DNA of 49,474 nucleotides from Flavobacterium sp. (lineage in GTDB: Bacteria > Bacteroidota > Bacteroidia > Flavobacteriales > Flavobacteriaceae): contig NZ_JBIIWV010000001.1 in the NCBI RefSeq assembly GCF_044338735.1, positions 1-49,474 of the forward strand, read 5' to 3'. Below, one piece after another: positions 47,601 through 49,474 of the stretch (position 1 is its first letter; each line of letters starts with the position of its first letter). The position numbers and the translations under genes are program-made. The notes under the pieces were generated by a model that saw nothing but the letters and a program-made list of their open reading frames with translations, searched no databases and was not told the origin of the DNA.

Positions 47601-49474
47601 GTCCAGGATTATATGGTTTTACTACTAAATGTTTAAATTATTCATATAATGGCAATAATCCTGCTAACGCTTGGTTTTATACAGCAGGAATTAATTTAAC
47701 GGCAGGTACTTCATATCGAATTTCCTATAATTATGGTAGTAGTTCAACAACTTCTTACCCAGAAAATTTAAAAGTAGCTTATGGAGTTGCTGCGTCAAGT
47801 GCTAGTATGACAACAACATTAGCAACTCATACTAATATATTAACGAATTCGGCGCCTTCAAGTACTGTAGATTTTACTCCAAGCACTACCGGTATTTATT
47901 ATTTTGGCTTCAATGCTTTTTCTGATACAGATATGGAGGACTTATATGTTGATAATATTTCAATAATACTTACTCCAAACACCTGGACAGGTACCACAAG
48001 TAATTCTTGGAGCACAGCAAGTAACTGGTCATTAAGTACGGTACCAACTTCTTCAGATGATGTATTAATTTCTTCAAACGGTTCAAATGCACCGGTTATG
48101 GATGTAGATGTTACTATTCCTGCAGGAAAAAGTTTAACAGTAAGCGGTACAGGAACATTAAATATTGCGCCAGGTAAAGTATTAACTATAGCAGGAACCG
48201 CTAATTTTGGAGCAAGACCAGTAACCTTTAAATCAGATGCCACAGGAACAGCTATGTTAGGTCCATTAACAACAGGAACCCTTGCGGGTGCAACCAGTGT
48301 TACCGTAGAACGTTACATCCCTTTAGGCAAACGCGCTTTTAGATTATTAAGTCCGGCGGTAACCACTAGCAACAATATTTCACAAAACTGGCAATTGGCT
48401 ACACACATTACGGGTACGAGTGGTGCTTCAGGCGGCTTTGATGTTACTGAAACCAATAACCCATCTATGTATACCTATGACAACCAAGCGGCACAGGGTG
48501 TAAGCGGTTGGACACCAATTGCCAACACCAATAATACAAATTTAATTGCAGGAGTAGGATATAGAGTTTTAATTAGAGGAGACAAAACGCCTGCAAACAT
48601 CACTTCAGCTTCAGCTGATAATATGAATGCAGCCATTACATTAAGCGCTACAGGAACCTTAAAAACAGGAACTGTTGCCTTAAGTTCAGGCAGCACACCA
48701 TCAATAAATAATACAGCAAATACAATTACTAATGGTCATAGTTTAGTGGGCAACCCCTATCAAAGTGCTGTAGATTGGCATTTAGTTACTAAAACAGGTA
48801 TTGAGGAAACTTATTATGCCTGGGCTCCAAATATGGGAACAGGAACTGCGAGAGGTAATTATGTAGCTTATAATGTTTCAACAGGTAATAGTGGTGGAGG
48901 CTCAGTAGGTCAATTCATTCAACCTGGTCAGGCGTTTTTCGTAAAGAATACAGGTTCAAGTGCAGGTATATTAACCTTTGAAGAAGCAGATAAAGCGACA
49001 ACTAGTGCTAATGTATTTAGAACCGCAAATACTCCTAGTTTGGGGGTAGCGTTATATGATCCTAATGAATTGGCAATTGGCGGGTATCCTATTGATGCTA
49101 CAAAAGCTGTTTTTAGTTCAGAGTACTCAAACGAATTAGGTCTTGGTGATGCTACAAAATTAGAAGCAGCAGGTGAAAACATTGCGTGGTTTAGAAACAA
49201 TACTAAACTAGCTATTGATGCAGCGGCACCAGTAACTACTTCAGATGAATTAGCGATGAAAACTATGCGTTTAGGCGCAAATAAAAATTATACGTTTAAA
49301 ATTCAAACGACTAATTTTGACACAGCTTTAACACCATATTTAGTAGATACTTTCTTAAACACGCAAACAGAAATTGCTACTTCACAAGCGTTTTTAGCAT
49401 CATTTGCAACCACAAGTAACCAAGCTTCTTACAGTGAGGACCGTTTTAAAATTGTGTTTCAAACCAGCGCGCTA
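44609..49474 (+). CDS. Second giant adhesin-like, probably T9SS-secreted protein (cleaved-adhesin/choice-of-anchor-J-like and FN3 domains), 3' truncated by window edge
   Basis: Not in the ORF track because no stop is reached. ATG 44609, signal ending MGWG-Q, adhesin-type motifs (RSLITPVLDF…NMYVDDIKV), FN3 repeats. 1622 codons end in frame at 49474 (…SEDRFKIVFQTSAL), matching gene 1 just before its CTD. Confidence 0.88.
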   Translation, partial: MIKSITQKGTKNLVRNLNSYPISCIKPIKHLTCLLILLFSSMGWGQVYLANQSFDGTTFVPSSWTNLLTSGSNTWTRATSGTYPTCSPRSGTGMAMFNSYSSPGTGVRSLITPVLDFSTAGTKRITFWMYRDNGYPTDADKIEIYTNTSANLTGATLLGTINRSRSLAPTVGSDGWYEYFYDVTTTSATTYVIFKAIGAYGNNMYVDDIKVEAPPTPCSGTPTAGTISTANQYLCSGATVPNLVNTGFSSGVTGITFQWEQSTDNATWANVTTGTGATTATYTPPAFAGTTIYYRCNVTCANGGGAAATPSVSINPPANPVTQVTNAVASSISYTGFTTTWVNGNGNRRVVYLSDTAIVDPSNATGAAVHTANTVYTGSGQQIVYDGTGTSVSVTGLTLGTTYYVKVFEYTRCGAAPYDYYYSAISGTNAISVSTSSISPTPWSEGFATGVATFPNWLVTAGSVGTITAVNPALSSNYYYVNLYGTQPVAAITTPIIGSMPSNYRFVVKYKLANYSSPYAPPASGSGNFIVAISTDNGSSYTDVETIANNAVAGWQEYILNLSAYVGQNIRIRLTGNRTSGDYYLAFDNYSVEAIPSCLSPNTLVLSSITNNSASLSWTAPASAPGSGYDVYYSTTNTAPTAGTTPSANVPSGTTYAFSGLTASTTYYSWVRSNCGSGDVSLWVASASFTTSCNPVSSLPWTEGFEGLSSVSTTTFPSCWLEGTGINWGSLSASTSSYNDPRTGNYYIGCMYGGTNDRIWTPGFQLTAGVSYDFSTYFVGDGYSGWTGDIVYNTSALASGETVLGTSFITSSTASTTAINYSQITRTFVPSTSGIYYFGIRITSSYVPYSYLAFDDFKLELSPTCSAPTSLSISSITNSAANLSWTAPASAPASGYDVYYSTTNTAPIAGTSPTANVSSGTNYAFTGLTASTTYYSWVRSNCGSGDLSTWAASASFTTQCNPVSVPYSQDFESVTIPALPICTSIENAGTGNNWKTASPGLYGFTTKCLNYSYNGNNPANAWFYTAGINLTAGTSYRISYNYGSSSTTSYPENLKVAYGVAASSASMTTTLATHTNILTNSAPSSTVDFTPSTTGIYYFGFNAFSDTDMEDLYVDNISIILTPNTWTGTTSNSWSTASNWSLSTVPTSSDDVLISSNGSNAPVMDVDVTIPAGKSLTVSGTGTLNIAPGKVLTIAGTANFGARPVTFKSDATGTAMLGPLTTGTLAGATSVTVERYIPLGKRAFRLLSPAVTTSNNISQNWQLATHITGTSGASGGFDVTETNNPSMYTYDNQAAQGVSGWTPIANTNNTNLIAGVGYRVLIRGDKTPANITSASADNMNAAITLSATGTLKTGTVALSSGSTPSINNTANTITNGHSLVGNPYQSAVDWHLVTKTGIEETYYAWAPNMGTGTARGNYVAYNVSTGNSGGGSVGQFIQPGQAFFVKNTGSSAGILTFEEADKATTSANVFRTANTPSLGVALYDPNELAIGGYPIDATKAVFSSEYSNELGLGDATKLEAAGENIAWFRNNTKLAIDAAAPVTTSDELAMKTMRLGANKNYTFKIQTTNFDTALTPYLVDTFLNTQTEIATSQAFLASFATTSNQASYSEDRFKIVFQTSAL
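46454..47499 (+). repeat. Internal FN3-coding duplication in T9SS gene 2
   Basis: About 245 bp at 46454-46698 is repeated at 47255-47499 (offset 801 bp), both encoding LSWTAPASAP-SGYDVYYSTTNTAP…GLTASTTYYSWVRSNCGSGD. Confidence 0.85.

Noticed and set aside
1241-49200. Short ORFs nested in or antisense to long genes (e.g. 1241-1471, 5243-5563, 29436-29840, 37416-37730, 42845-43093, 45120-45338, 47899-48243, 48475-48696, 48928-49200)
   Set aside because: They are shadows of well-supported genes. Those after 44609 are explained by the long + strand CDS missing from the ORF track, and the duplicated antisense ORFs just mirror the shared 1 kb block.

Overview
AT-rich Bacteroidota DNA, most likely Flavobacterium, judged from TAnnTTTG promoters, UpxY and T9SS substrates. 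About 39 kb is a Wzx/Wzy surface-polysaccharide region. It runs: 3' end of ugd, a divergent SLBB/Wza-like exporter and upxY antiterminator, a wHTH regulator, then a ~31 kb co-directional operon (5070-35947). The operon carries wzz, a UDP-GalNAcA pathway with two AsnB-like amidotransferases, wzx, wzy, three glycosyltransferases and pglC/D/E-like genes; pglF lies in a separate unit. The standout is an ~11 kb module (8404-19403). In it the CDP-3,6-dideoxyhexose genes (E3-like reductase, rfbF, rfbG, rfbH) bracket a YerE-like ThDP enzyme, a DmpF/DmpG pair, two SDRs and an FkbM methyltransferase. The likely reading is that aromatic-catabolism enzymes run in reverse to supply a C4 acyl branch for an erwiniose-type, possibly methylated, branched sugar. 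A decayed wbpO-like 5' stub just upstream suggests the module was inserted. Also seen: a candidate UpxY ops/pause element, intergenic mosaics of 7/8/9-nt micro-repeats, and two tandem giant adhesin-like genes. The first has a T9SS CTD; the second is missing from the ORF track. They share a recently homogenised ~1 kb block and are separated by a tiny PID-CTERM-like gene. No rRNA, tRNA, CRISPR array or intact transposase was found. All assignments are by eye from motifs; no searches were run.
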